A stretch of 64,000 nucleotides of DNA from Mobula hypostoma (lineage: Eukaryota). This document shows positions 25,016 to 38,445 of the stretch, one piece after another (within the stretch, counting starts at the first letter, position 1; each line of letters starts with the position of its first letter). The notes below the pieces were generated by a model. The model saw only the letters and a program-made list of their open reading frames with translations. It searched no databases and was not told where the DNA came from. The position numbers were made by a program, and so were the translations under genes. The stretch covers positions 25,420,001 to 25,484,000 of the forward strand of contig NC_086106.1 in the NCBI RefSeq assembly GCF_963921235.1, given 5' to 3'.

Positions 25016-26200
25016 TGTTGCAAGGGGGCGTTTAAGGAGCCGACCCAAATGCAAGACACAGACAACGAACTACTCGCAACTGGACTAAGATTATCAAGAA
25101 TGCAAGGGAAGTCAGGAAGCAAGGATTGATTTGGGTAATCCAGGAAAGATCAAAGCGCAAACGGGAAAAAGCGTAGCTCGACACGGACACAGGCCCTGGA
25201 CTAGACTAGAACTCAGGGCCTGGGATTGGACTTGGACTTGGAGCACAGGACCCGAATGTGGAAATTGGAACAAGGACCCTGTAGTAGGATGTCGGAACTC
25301 CGGAACCAGAGTCTGGACAGGGACTCGGTAACTGGGTCTTGACTAAGACCAGGAACCCGGGCCTGGACTAGGACTCGGGACTAGGATCTTGGCTAGGACT
25401 CGAGAGGAGGACTTGGATCGGACTTCAATTCGACTGGGACTTGGATCGGAATTGACACTCGACTGGGACCTGAAACATGAGGCCTTGCCATGGACTGGAC
25501 TGGAACATGAAGCATTGACTTCGACTGGACGAGAAAACGAATACTTGACCTGGACTGGACTGGAACCCGAAGCCTTGACTTGGACTGGACTGTAAAACGA
25601 AACACACAGCCGGGACTTCTACTTGGATACAGGATATGGAGCCGGGACCCCTCTTAGAAACGGAACACAGAGCCAGGACCCCCTCCTTGAGTATAAATCA
25701 AGGGGCCGGGAGTCTGCTGATACACAGAACACTGAACACGAAGAGATAGATCTCGACTCAAGGTAGCGGCAAAGAGCTGGACCTCCCTAGCAAATGTGAA
25801 GACACGAAGAGACAAGACCACACAACGATAGACTGTTCCTTATATTGACGAGACAAAGCTTCAATCTCACTCCGGCGGGTTAACTTGAAGGGGATTCTGA
25901 CAAAGTCACAGATGCGGTTGCAGACGAGGTCATTGACGAAGTCACTGACGATGGTAGCTGACAAAGTTTCAGACGAGCTTACAGACGAGGTACAGACGAG
26001 GTAACTCACGAGGTTCTGAAGGGAACGGTCCAGCCACTACTACTGGAACCCAGAGCTATTTATGTTGGCAGCCCGAGACGAGAATAAGGTGCCTCAGTTA
26101 ATGCCCCGATGGGACAAGGGGAAAACGAAATAACCAGAGTAGCAAAGACACGGATTGGACCGTGGACCGGAATGCGCACTTCACGGACGGGACCGTGACA
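25016..26200. mobile_element. Solo LTR (1185 bp) with internal short tandem repeats
   Basis: TGTTGC...GTGACA termini; 5-bp TSD TCCGT (25011, 26201); empty site in paralogs (~16800, ~44925); GGACT-rich repeats 25190-25700. Confidence 0.85.
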
Positions 26201-27054
26201 TCCGTAATTTGCTCTGCTAAATGGGAGCTGAACCGGGGAAGGCAGAACTGAGCCTATTTAGCCAGCGATCTGAATGGAACAATGACACTGTCGGTTTCGC
26301 AATAATTTACTCTAATTCAAATGTATTTGTCGATCTCAACCTCCGTCCTTCGTTGTACTTTAAATGACAGTTCATTTCTAGCAATGGATCGCCGTACTTG
26401 GTAGTTTTTCGTGACTCTCTTAAAATTCCGTCCCCGCGGCACGCTGTGTCTGTCTCTGTAGTCCAATCTAGTCCTTTATTTGTCTCCCTATACCCACGCT
26501 GTCCATCCATCTCTCTCCCCCCCTCTCTCTCTCTCTCTTTCATCTCGCTCCCTAGCGCTGTGGGCATATCCGTTAATAAGCTGCCAGCTCACCCGGTATT
26601 CCAGCATTCATTGTCAATCTGAAAAAAAAAATCAATTGTTCTCCACTTTTAAGAAGCTGATGTTAATAGAGTCCATCTGAAATTTATCTTCATCAGAAGG
26701 AGTTACATGACAGCTTAGCCGATGCTGTCTAGTCAAATGCACCCTCAGTATCTACAGGTTGCACTCACCTTTACTGTAAATCGCGCAATCTTGTCAAAAA
26801 TTATGTCGAGCCAAATGTTAACCACACAATATTGTTATAGGCAACAGAAACACAATATTGTTATGGACACTGAGATATAGTAAAAAATGTTTCGGAAAAA
26901 TGCCACAGTAACCGGAGGTAGAGCTGAATTCAAGAAATGTTCATCAATGTTTGGCGAATTTTGCTGCTAAATGCAGCATTTTAAGTCGACCACATGATCC
27001 TTATGCTTTGTGCGTGCGGCTGTTCCAGTCTCCCAAATAAGGCGCCCTCTAGGG

Positions 27055-27522
27055 ATCACAAGTCCGGACCCGCTGTGTCCCAGCAATTCTGTAGGGTGCA
27101 TTGCACAGTGGTATACACCAGAGTCTGGGCAAGAACTCCAGATATACATAAATGAGCTGACTCTGCCTCTGTGTATGTCAGCTAAAAATCTCGCCGAACA
27201 TTCTGGATGTTGCTCCAGTGCTCCTGAGCCATCTACCTTCAGCATTTATTTTTCGATATATTCCGTGATGCTGAATGTATCAAAAATACTTGCATTAGCT
27301 CTTGTGTAATTTCAGTTTAGTATTATGAGTTAACTTTCGTCAGCCGTTAATTTGGTAGCATGCTAGATCACTGAACCTTTCTCTCTCGTTCCTGCATTAA
27401 AGGACAAAATGCACTAATATCCCAAACTTGCACTGAACTCACGTGGCGCTCTCTGGTCATATGTGCAGCGTCCTGCCTGTCAGGATGACGAATGTAATGA
27501 ATACGAAACAAAGGGAGCACGT
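27055..27522 (-). pseudogene. Family B V pseudogene copy 3
   Basis: Start ACG, GC donor, Trp codon TGA, LEQHPECSARF...DSGVYHCAM; RSS remnant TACAGAA + 23 nt + degenerate nonamer. Confidence 0.85.
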
Positions 27523-28299
27523 TCTTCTGACTTCCGCCTCGATAGGACGGCAGATAACTTCGAAGAAATTATCACTATGGTAGATGTTAAAGAGTAAAAC
27601 CGTGTCAAAAAGAGATTTCTCAGTGCCCTGCTCAACGATTGGTAGATGAAACGGAGCCGAGGCTCTATGAACACGAAAAATAATCGGATTTCGTTGATTT
27701 CGCCCTCTGCATTTTCCCCACACACTATAAATCTTTCTCCGCATTTCTCTCTCTTTTCCCTTCTCTCTCGCCACTCCCTATCTCTCTCCATCTATCTATC
27801 TTTCTTTCTTTTCGTTCTTTCTCTCTGTTTCTCTTTCTCACTCTCTTGCTTTCTCCCCACCTCTTTCTCTCTCTCTTTAGCTCTCGTTCCGAACATCATT
27901 TTCTGTTTATCTACCTCTTTAGTTCGCTCCATGAATTCATTCTATCCTCCTTTGCCTCTGCTCTCTCCCTTCTCACACCATGTCACTCCATGGTAACGAG
28001 CGCATTACTGAGTCATCCACCATGTTATAACTTTCTATTGGTCCTGCTATCTATCTTATCAATAGCCTTTTAAGTCATTGACGAAATACCTTTCAATCTA
28101 TCAGGATCCCACTAGATATTCCTAGTCAATAGCACACCAAATATTTACATCCCTAATATTTTTTGTATAAGTGAACCAATCTCCTATCCATGGCAATAGA
28201 CGCAATTCAGAATTTATTTTCTGCAGTTGCCTTCGGCCTCACATCTTAATGGCTCCTTTCTCAGAATGTAAAGACCCTGTAAGTCCCGTTCACCATGTA

Positions 28300-29450
28300 C
28301 CATGAAGGAAATCTTACGAAGAGTTCAAAGTCGTGACCGTGTATTGTAGTCAACAAGTGGAAATGGATATTGAGATGTCTCGAAAATCTTTTAACTTCTT
28401 GTTTGTACCTAAAAACTGAATTTAGGCCTAGACGCCTGCGATCCTGAGAGCTGCCAGGTTAAGGCGAACGAGTGACCCTTCTTCCTCTTTGCGTCCATTC
28501 TTGATGCGCTCTCTAGTCAGCGCTCTGTGCACCAGCTAGCGACAGTAATTCCGTGTCGATTATTCCCCTATAATGGTTGGTGCTGCATGGCAGAAATATA
28601 CAACGCAAGAGCCTCGGTGATGTATCTTTGAAGCATCTTGGTTCATTTCGCAAAGCAGTGGTAAACAGCACAACATCAATTAACGACAAGTTGGGGTGCG
28701 GAAAAGAGACAGAGATGATGCTATGAAGACAGTCTCCTCAGTATCAGCAAAAGAAATGAACGGGTCATTGACTTCATAAAGGGAGAGGGCGAGAGAACAT
28801 AACCAATAACTTTTTCAGGTTCAGCACTCAGGCGCCATGTCCAAGGAAGCTCAAAAATGCCATCAAGACCTCAGTTGGCAAAATAAAATTCATATGTCCC
28901 CAGTGACCTGGACTAATTTTTGATGAACCCTATTGAAAGCATGAATTTCAGGCGCATCATGGCTTCAATGACAAATATTCTGCCCGTGACCTCAAGAAAC
29001 TCGGCCGTGTTATAGACGCAACCTAGCACATTACCGATAGAACATGAATTGTGCCTGCACTCTTGCTGAATCAGTGAAACACCAGGTCCTTATAAAATCT
29101 TACCCATTCTGGACCTTCGTTCATTTCTCCCCTCCAATTCGGCAACAGATATAGAAGCATTAGAGTTAACCTCTAAAATCCATTAAAAGACAACTGCATA
29201 GTTCCCCTGTAAGAGAAGTTGAACACGTGACCTCACAAACTAAATCAAACGAAATTCACTATTTAGTCAACTTGCACAACACTTTCTTTGCAGCTGCTTA
29301 ACTGTATTATCAATTCTGTTGTTGTCTCAGCTTTCACACCCTCAATGCACAATGCAATGATTTGATACCTGTAAAGATATGCAAGGCAATATTTTGACTT
29401 TACGTCGGTGGATAAGTCACTCTCTAAGCAAAGCCGAAACCAACTGGCCA
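28300..29450. repeat. Degraded, probably LINE-derived block duplicated at 57780-58900
   Basis: Clear paralogy with 57780-58900, in both cases following a family B leader; LINE origin is only a guess. Confidence 0.5.
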
Positions 29451-29840
29451 GTCTATGTGAGTAAGCAGGGTGAGGCAAGAAATTAAGCTGGCAGTTTTGA
29501 AAGTATAGGATATAGGGTTAGCGAGTAAACGTGACGGCGGTCGTTTTCGGAAGTATGTTTTATTTGTCGCCGTGATTTGCCGCCCCCTGATTTCTCCAGG
29601 AACACTGCTTCAGTTCGAACACTGAAGTTGTCTGAAGGTATGTCTTGACGTTCCTATGTGTCTCATTTCCTCCGGAATCCGAAAGACCAAAAGATAGTAT
29701 GTCATTCGGCCCATCGTGACTGCTCTGCATGTCGATCATGGGCGGATCCAATTCTTCCAGTCATCGCTATTACTCTGGCCTTCTGTCCCTACCCTTTGAT
29801 GTCCAGGCTAATGAACAAGGTATACATCTCTGCCTTAAAT

Positions 29841-31867
29841 CAGTGGTCCCCAGCCATCGGTCCACTGACCGGTACCGGGTTGCAAAGCATGTGCTACCGG
29901 GACGCGGGGAAACGATATGATTTGGCGATATGAAACGATACGAGTCAGCTGCACCTTTCCTCATTCCCTGACACGCTCACTATTGAGCTTGAACGCACGC
30001 GAGGTTATTACTCACGCGAGGACTTCAGTCGGTTATTACCCTGCAACCACTCAATGAGTAAAAAACAAACGTCGCTTGAGAGTTTCTTTGAAAGAGAAGG
30101 CAGGAGACATGAAAGGCCTAACGATGATGAAGAACGCAGAGACAGCTGAGGCCGAGAATGCAAAAGAAAAAAAAAAGAAAGTTTCCTTCAACAGAAAATG
30201 CACCGAGTCGTACATAAAATATGGCTTTATTTCGACGGCTGACTCTCACGCTCCAATCCCCCTGTGTGTGATATGTGCAGACAAGCAGTCTGATGAGGCG
30301 ATGAAGCCCTCAAAACTGCTTCGGAACCTTGAGTTCAAGCACACTGCACTTAAAAACAAAGCCGTTGATTGTTTCTTAAGCGGAAGAAACGTGAGCATGC
30401 GGAACAGAAGCAAGTGCTGAGAGCCAACACCTCCACAAATGCTGCTGCTCTGAGAGCGTCGCACTTAGTGGCCAGCTGTACTGCTGAGGCTAAGAAGCCA
30501 ATCACTGTTGGTGAGGAATTGATTCTGCCTGCTGCCAAAGACTTGTGCCGTGAACAGTTGGGAGAAGCTGCAGCTAACAAGATGGCACAGGTTTCTCTTT
30601 CAGCTACCACAATCTCAAGACGAATCGATCACATAGCGGAGGACATTGAAGCACAGCAGTTGTAACGGCTTAACGAGTCTGGTTTCACTACCCGAGTCAA
30701 AGAGGTTGCTCCCGAATGACAGTCTACACATTGTGTCACACACAGGGAAATGCTGGTTAGCCAAAAAATGTGTCACCTGACCTTAACAGATAATTGAGTG
30801 ACTTTGTTGAAGTTATCAATCACATCAAAGCAAAAGCTCTGAACTGACGTCTGTTTGAGCATCTTTGCGATGAAATGGATGCAGAGCACAAACGCCTTTT
30901 CTTACACACTGAAGTCAGCTGGCTATCAAGGGGCAGAGCCCTGGCTATGGTTTTCGAGATAAGAGGGCAGCTACAGAGATTTATTTAGAGAAAAAAAAGT
31001 CATCACTGGCAGCACACATCAGTGACGAGGAGTGGGTAGCAAAACTCGTTTATTTCTGTGCCATCTTCAACCTGCTCAATGAACTCAATTTCCCACTTCA
31101 GGGGAGAAAGACAGCTGTCGTCAAGTTGGCAGATAAAGTGTCAGCTTTCATAACCAACCTGGAACTGTGGGGACGGCGAAATGGATAGGGGCATATTTGA
31201 CATGTCCCCAACATTAGCTGGGAATTTGGGAGAGACTGAGGCTCACTGCAGGTTTACGGACACTTATCTTCGCCGTCGACAGAATTTGACCGTTACTTCC
31301 CAACTGCAAATGACCCAAGATGTGCAAAGGAATGGGTCCGTGACCCATTTGTGAATGTCCCCGGTGAATCATCTCTGTCAGCGCGGGAAGAAGATGAACT
31401 CCTGGAGTTTGCAAAGGACAGTGGGCTGAAAAGTATGTTTGACGTAAGGTCTGTTCCGGCATTCTGGATCAAAATATAGGATGAATATCCTGAGAAAGCC
31501 ACGAACGCACTGAAAACGTTGTTTCCATTTCCAACATCATATCTCTGTGAAGCGCAGTTCTCTGCAATGAATGCAATGAAAACTAAATTGCGGAAGAGAC
31601 TGGAAATAAGGAACCCCCTTATAATTGACTTATCACTATATTCATGCGAGGAAAATATGCGCTGTGTGTTTGATATTAAATTCGTCAGATAAACGCTTTT
31701 GGAAGCGAAATTGAGTGTATCCGCCATTGATAATTGACTTACAGTTGACTTATCACCTATATTCCGGTTGTGATTAACACATGCTCCCCCACCCCCAGTC
31801 GGCCAGTCCGGAAGACTATGGTCAAAATTAAACCGGTCCGCGGTGCAAAAAGGGTTGAGGAACCCTG
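29841..31867 (+). mobile_element. Non-autonomous hAT transposon, copy 3
   Basis: Termini CAGTGGTCCCCAGCC ... GGTTGAGGAACCCTG; same broken transposase as copies 1 and 2; flanks do not form a TSD. Confidence 0.9.
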
Positions 31868-33520
31868 CTCTAATAAATCCAGAGTTTGTGAGAGGTGCCG
31901 GATCCTTCTGGGTTGTGTTAAGAAATTGCAAGGGTTAAGGAACCCTGCTGGCAGCTATGCACAAGCCTCCCGACAGTATGTAGAATGTGCAGCACAGATT
32001 ACAAGAGGAAATAGAAATGGCCTCACAAAAGGGTAATGTTATCATCGTCATGGGAGATGTCAACATGCAGGATGATTGGGAAGGTCAGGTTAGATATGGA
32101 TCTCAAGAGAGTGAGTTTGTTGGATGCCTATGAAACGACATTTTATAGAAGATTGTCCATCACCCTACAAAGCGATCAGTTGTACAGGATTGGGTGTTGT
32201 GAAATAAACTGGAGATAATTGGTGACCTTAGGATAAAAGAATAATTTTAATGCAGTGATCCAAATATGATTGAGTTCAACTCGAAATTTGCCAGTGAGAA
32301 GTAAAGTCTGATGAAGCAGTATTTCAGCACAGTAAAGGAAATTTCAGTGGTGTGAGTGGGGCGTTGGTCAACGAACTCAGAATGCAGGACTTGGAAGGAC
32401 AGGCTGCAAGAGAGGACAACAGAGCAGGAAGGGCGTGAATTTCTGGGGATAATGAGAAAGGTGTCCGATAGCTGTATTCAAAAATGAAGAAATAAGCAAA
32501 TGAAAAAGTAGTGCAACCGTGGCTAACAAAGGGAGTCAAAGCTAATGTAAAAGCAAAAGAGCAGGTATACAACTAAGCAAAAATTAGTAGCAAGGCAGAG
32601 GATTAGGAAGCTTCCAAATCCATAGAGAAAAACTAAAAGTGTGATTAGGAGGGAAAAAAGATAATATATGAGCGAAAGCTAGCAAACAGTATCAAAGTAG
32701 ATAAAAACAAAGGTTTCTTCAAGAATGAAACAAAAAATAAAAGTGAGATGAGAGTGCATATAGAAAGCAAGAAAATGTAACCGAAGAAATAATGCTGGGG
32801 GACAAGTTGATGGCAGATGAACGATATGAGTATTTCGCATCAGGATTCACTGTGGAAGACCCGAACAGTGTGTCAGACGTTGAAGTGTCCGAATGAAGAC
32901 ATGTAAGTGCAATTACAGTTACAAGGGTGAAGGTCCTCAAAACGCTGAAAAACAGAAGAGTATATAAGTCATCCGAACCAGATGAACTGCACCCTTGCCC
33001 TCTGAAAGCAGTAACGGTAGAGATTGCGGAGGTATTAGGAATGATTATTCAAAATCATTGTCAATGATATAGGTGATGGAATAGATGGCTGTGTTGCCAA
33101 GTTTGGAGATGATGCAAAGATTGATGGAAGGATACGTCGTTCCTGGAGATGATTAGGAGAATGGGCAAGAGAGTGACAGACTAAGTACAATGTACCAAAA
33201 CGCATGTCATGCACATTGGTATAAGAAATAAATGTGCAGACTATCTTGTAAGCAGGGGAAAAAATCCAAAAATCTCCGATGCAAGGATACTTGGAGGATC
33301 CAAGTTTAGAACACGCTGAAGTTTAACTTGCAGTAGAGTCAGTGGTGAGGAAGGAAAATACAATGTTAGCATTCGTTTCAAGATGTCCAGGATACATGGG
33401 CATAGACGTAATGTAGAGTATTTATGAAGCACGTGAGGCCTCACCTTGAGCATTCTGAACAGTTTTGGGTTTCTAATCTAACAGAGATGGACTGGCATTG
33501 GCGAGGATTCAGAAGGCATT
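31868..33520 (+). mobile_element. Degraded CR1-like LINE ORF2 fragments
   Basis: Endonuclease/RT-like remnants (GNVIIVMGDVNM, VAKFGDDAKIDG-like segment) with many stops and frameshifts. Confidence 0.7.
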
Positions 33521-33719
33521 CACACGGATGACACAATCAGTCCCGCAAGCAAAGCAGCTGTCCAACTAACGGAAAAATGTAGTCAGTAATTTTTCCCCTT
33601 TCCCCTGGAGTTTCGCCTACTTAACTCATTCACGTGACAGTGTTTGATAAGTGTTTGCGCCCCCGCTGTTTTCCGGCAAAGGGCTCCCTCTAGCGAGCGC
33701 TCACTGCATCACGGAGGTA

Positions 33720-33758
33720 GGATTTTGTCCAGAGCCGTCATCGCCTTGCAACACTGTG
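33720..33758 (-). promoter_or_regulatory. 23-RSS of V A5 with consensus heptamer
   Basis: CACAGTG + 23 nt + ACAAAATCC. Confidence 0.95.
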
Positions 33759-34182
33759 GGCATCATGGCACAAAGATAAACGGCGGAGTCCGACACAAGA
33801 GCACCAGAGATGTTCAAATGGGCTGCCTTGCTGTCACGCTGCCAATTAGCGGTAAACCTCGCTGGGTTCCGGTCCACCATGCCTGTGCTATATACCGTCA
33901 GCAAATATCTTGGAGATTCCTCGCGATGCTGAACGTACCAAACAATAGATTGAGGATTGCCAGTGTAATTACAGTGCAGTGTTACATTTTGTTCTTCCGC
34001 AATCGTTAATTCAAAAGGCCATTGCGTCACCGAATCTTTCCCATTTGTTCCTACAATAAAAGGGCAGAATGCATGATCAGATCGGGCTTTCTTCGCACAT
34101 ACGGAACAGATATAGGCTGTTACCGCGGAGACTCACCGGACATCATAGTCATTATAATCAGCATATAACACGGAGAATTCAT
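33759..34182 (-). CDS. TRAV: Intact, divergent TCR alpha/delta-type V segment A5 (leader 34137-34182, V exon 33759-34050)
   Basis: MNSPCYMLIIMTMMS|GTNGKDSVTQWPFEL...VTLHCNY...VWYVQH...DSAVYLCAMM; GT-AG intron; open frame; RSS. Confidence 0.92.
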
Positions 34183-34949
34183 GGTGTCTGGCTTCAAACT
34201 CGATCGAAAAAGAGCTTACTTCCAACAAGTTAATATACTTGACTGATATTGAATAGTAAAATCAGAGCTGCAGCATATTTCAGCCGGCGTAATCTGAGGG
34301 CGTTGCCCTGCCAATGGATTGATTCGCTGTGGGCATTAATCTGCGCCGGTCCGAGCACCAATCACAGATCGGTTTGTTTCAGTTCATCCATATGCTTTTA
34401 TATATCTGACGCTTGGAGATGTAAATAGCGTCGCGCTACCACTGTGCTAGAGTGGTTATACTTCACTCTCTCTCTTGCATTCTTCTTCCAGTCAGGCTCA
34501 CATCCTTATTTCTCTCTCCTCCCGATGTTTATCGCTCTACTTTCTGTTCTATCGATCACCATCACTCGTACTCTCATTTCTTCATTTCTCTTAAGTCTCC
34601 CCGTGTTATCCACTTTGTCATTCCATCATACCAAACCGCCCACTTTCTCCCCGCCCCACCACCACCATTTTACTAAGAAAGATCGACTGCCCACCGTTCT
34701 CCCTGGATATCACTTTCTCTGCCCACTCGCCAACCGCAATTCACACTCAGACGCATTTATCTTCACATTTCTCCACTCCGGCGAAAGGGGGAAACGCCAC
34801 TGAGGCAGACAATAAGAAAAACGTCTTCACTTGGGGGAACGGGGGATGTACTTTTTGTGTTAGCCTCTTGTAGCTCTGCTCCTCAGCCTTCTTTCTCCAG
34901 AAAGATCTTGTCGCCTGTGTCTTGTGGACGGACGAGAGTTGGATGAAAA

Positions 34950-35130
34950 AATTGCAGATGCTGAAAATCCAATGGAACTCACAAAACTCTGGAGGAAGTC
35001 AGCAGGTCAGGCACAACCTAGGGAAAATGTAAATAGTCGGCTTTTCGGGCCGAGACCTTTCTTCAGGACTGAGTAGTAAGGAGCGAGATGCATAAATTAA
35101 AATGTGAAGGAACATGTAAGAGTCTGACTG
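34950..35130 (+). mobile_element. Penelope-like short element fragment
   Basis: Shares the gcagatgctg...ggccgagaccttt/cttcaggact motif with 22404, 42333 and 55952. Confidence 0.55.
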
Positions 35131-35639
35131 AGAGGCGAAAGGGGAAACCAGCTGGGATAGGCCAAAGGCTGTAGAAGAAATAAACTGATGATCTTATTAA
35201 GGCATGATCTTATTCAATTGCGGAGCAGGTTCGACGGGTCAAATGCAATACTCCCAGTCTTTTTTCTTATGGTATTACGTTCTGCCCTTCCACGATCATT
35301 AATTCGCTCACGTCCTGAGTTACCGAATTTACCCCACTCGTATCTGTAACAACTCTCGCAAAGCGTGAGTGGCGCCGAATCGTAATGACGGTGTAGAACA
35401 CGCGTAAACTGATGAAGAAGAAATTATCCAGACAGAGCCGCCATTAAAATCAGCAACAAACACAAGGGTGATAAGGAGTCGGCATTAACATAAAAAAATA
35501 GAATTTTATCAAATTGTGAGCCATGTGAAGGTTAATTACCTCATGTCAGGAGCATCAAAGGCTCGGGGGAGACACGTGCCCTTCCTCTCGAACCGTATTA
35601 GTATATTGCCTGTGATGTGCCTTAGAATCGACCGGTGTG

Positions 35640-37930
35640 TTCAGATTCTCTTAGGGCTTCATTTTACCCCTCTTAATTTACGCAGTGTAGTAGATGGCTG
35701 TTGTGTTTTCTTAATGGCAGATCTTGGAGACCTGGGAGATCCAGAGACTCCCAGGGAACTATATCTGCAAGGAATGCATCTGGATGAAGCTCCTTGAAGA
35801 TCATGTTAGGGTTCTGGAGTAACCAGCTCAATGACCTTCGACTTGTACGGCAGAGCGAGAAGATAATCGATCGGAGTCATAGGGAAGTAGCCACCGCGAA
35901 GCTGCAGGAGGCAATTGGCTATTGGACTATCAGGAGAAATGGAAATATGAAAGACAGTTAGCGCAGCGTACCCCTGTGGTCATTCCTGTCAATAGTAAGA
36001 ATATTTTCTGCATACCGATGTGGTGGATGAACTCCGAGGGGAAGGCTAGGGAGACAGGGCTACTGCAACAGAGCATCGGCCCGTGCTACAGATGGGAAAG
36101 AGGAAGAAGAAGGGAGTACTAGCGATCGAGGACTCAACAATCATGGGAACAGACAGGAGATTCGGTGGCTGCGAGCACAGCACCCTGATGGTATGTTGCC
36201 TCCCACATGTCAGTTTCGAATCGCGTTCACGACATGTTAGAGAGGGAGGAACAGCATCTAGATGCATGGTACACATTGGCGCTAATGACACACGAAGGAA
36301 AAGCGAAGAGATCCTGAAAAGGGTATATGCGGAACAAGGAAGACGGCACTAGCAGATGTTGACGGGTACGAGGGATGTGCAGTTACTATTACAAGGCTCA
36401 AAGAGCCGAAGAGCTAAGTCAACCGTACCAGCTGAACTGCAACCTCAGGTTCCGAAAAAGTAGTGGTAGAGATTATGGCGATATTATGAATGATCTTTCA
36501 AAATTATTGGACTGTGGCATGGTGCCAGAGGAATGTAAAATGCGAAACGTCACTGTACTTTTTAAGAAAAGAAGAAATTTAAGACCTGCTAGCCTGATCT
36601 TAGTGGTTGGGAAGATTGTGGATTCAATTGTTAAGGATTAAATTATGGAGTATTTGGTGACACAGGACCAGATAGGAGAAAGTCAGCATGGTTTCCTTAA
36701 GGAAAAATATTGCCTGACAATCATGTTGGAATTATTTGAGGAGACTACACGTAGGTGATATAGAACGGGTGCAATGGATGCTGTATGTGAGGAGTTTCTT
36801 AAGGCCTTTGCCAAGGTGCCAAACATGAGCGTGTTTACCAAGTTAAGAAGCTATGGTATTTCAAGAACTTCACTGGTCTGGTTATAGCACTAACTGTTTG
36901 GCAGGAGTTAGAGACGACACGAAAACAATCACTCTCCGGTTGGCTGCCGGTGACAATGGTGCTCCGCAGTGGTCTGTGCTGGCACCGGTGCTTTTGTGCT
37001 GTACATCAGTGATTTAAATGATAGAATCCTTCGCTTTGTTGCCAGGATTACAGATGATACAGAGAATGATGAAGCGTCGTGGTGTATTGATAAAACAGGT
37101 CATCTGCAGAAGTGCTGAGACAAATGATCAGAATGGGAAAGAAAGTACTAAATGATATATGATGTTGGAAAATGCGTGGTCATGCACTTTTTTGGAAGAA
37201 ATAATTGTGCAGACAATTTTCTGAATGAGGAGAAAAGCCAGAAGTAAGATGTGCAAAGATGCAACGGGGCTTGGTAGTCCTTGTGCACAGCACCCTAGAG
37301 GTTAATTTTCTCCTAGAGCCGGCGGTCAGGAAGGTAAATCCAATGTTAGAACTCATTTCAGGGGGTCGAGAGTACAAGAGTAGGGATGTGATGCTGACTC
37401 TTAAAGGCACTGGTGAGGGCCCACTTTGAGTATTGTGAACAGTTTTGGGCTCCTCATTCAAGAAAAAATCCGTTCGCATGGATAATTCCAGTAATGCCAG
37501 TGTTATCATAAGAGGAAAGTTTGAGATTTATAAGTCTGTGTCAGTTGGAATTTAGAAGGATGAGGGGAATCTCATTGAATCCTTTCGAATGTTGAGGAAT
37601 AGACAGAGTAGATGTGTAAAGAATGTTTCATATGGTGGGGGAGTCCAGGACAAGAAGGCAAAGCCTCACGCGAGACAGGCGTCAATTTAATACAGAGATG
37701 CGGAGAACTTTCATCAGCGCGCGTGTGGTGAATTTATTGCATTTATTAGCACGGGAAGTTGTGGAGGTCAGGTGGTTGAGTATGCTTAAGGCAGAGCGTA
37801 ATATGTTTTTAACTGGCCACGGTATCAAAGGTACCGAAGGGAAGCCGGGAGTGGGGCTGAGGAAGGATCAATCGATCAAGCTTGATTTAAAGGCAGAGCA
37901 GATTTGATGGGCTAAATGCCCTAATTCTTC
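35640..37930 (+). mobile_element. Degraded CR1-like LINE (ORF1 esterase-like and ORF2 RT remnants)
   Basis: VHIGANDTRRKSEEIL; GMVPEECKMRNVTVLFKK...SLILVVGKIVDSIVKD; HMVGESRTR 3' motif. Confidence 0.75.
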
Positions 37931-38055
37931 TGCTAAGTTCTATGGTCTGATGGTCTTACCCTCTCTTGGATATTTCTTGTCAATAGCACGTGAGATATGT
38001 ATTCCCATGAAGGAGCTAGGATTAGATGTTTAGCGGACATGGAAGGCACCGGTTA

Positions 38056-38445
38056 CAGCAGGCAAACATTGCCGAAACTGAGCTCTCCAGATCCTGTATT
38101 GCCGTGGAAAGTTGAGTGCTGAACTGCGCAAAGTTATTCAGTGGAGTCCGGCAGGATGCCCCCGAACTTATTTAAGAGGAACATCTTTACCAGAGACCCG
38201 AAATATTACTGGACTTGCCTTCGCGTAGAACAATACCGTGACACGGTCTGCTCTTCCACGTGCAATTAAATCCCTCCTTTTGGGGTTCACAAAATCTGCC
38301 TAACTCCTCCCTTTGACAGGCTCCGAATGTATGAGGGGCGCCAGAACGCACTGACCCTGCAGGACGCGCTCCGACCGATTAGACAGATTCACCAAGCAGA
38401 GTAGTCGATACAAAGACCATCCAGGGGTGGTTGTAGCCGGAACAT
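38056..38445 (-). pseudogene. Family C V-like pseudogene copy 3 (internal deletion)
   Basis: Homologous to C1/C4; lacks the FR2 block. Confidence 0.6.

Noticed and set aside
25190-25700. GGACT-rich tandem repeats as a CRISPR-like or coding repeat
   Set aside because: Degenerate minisatellite inside a solo LTR bounded by TG...CA and a 5-bp TSD; no repeat-spacer structure.
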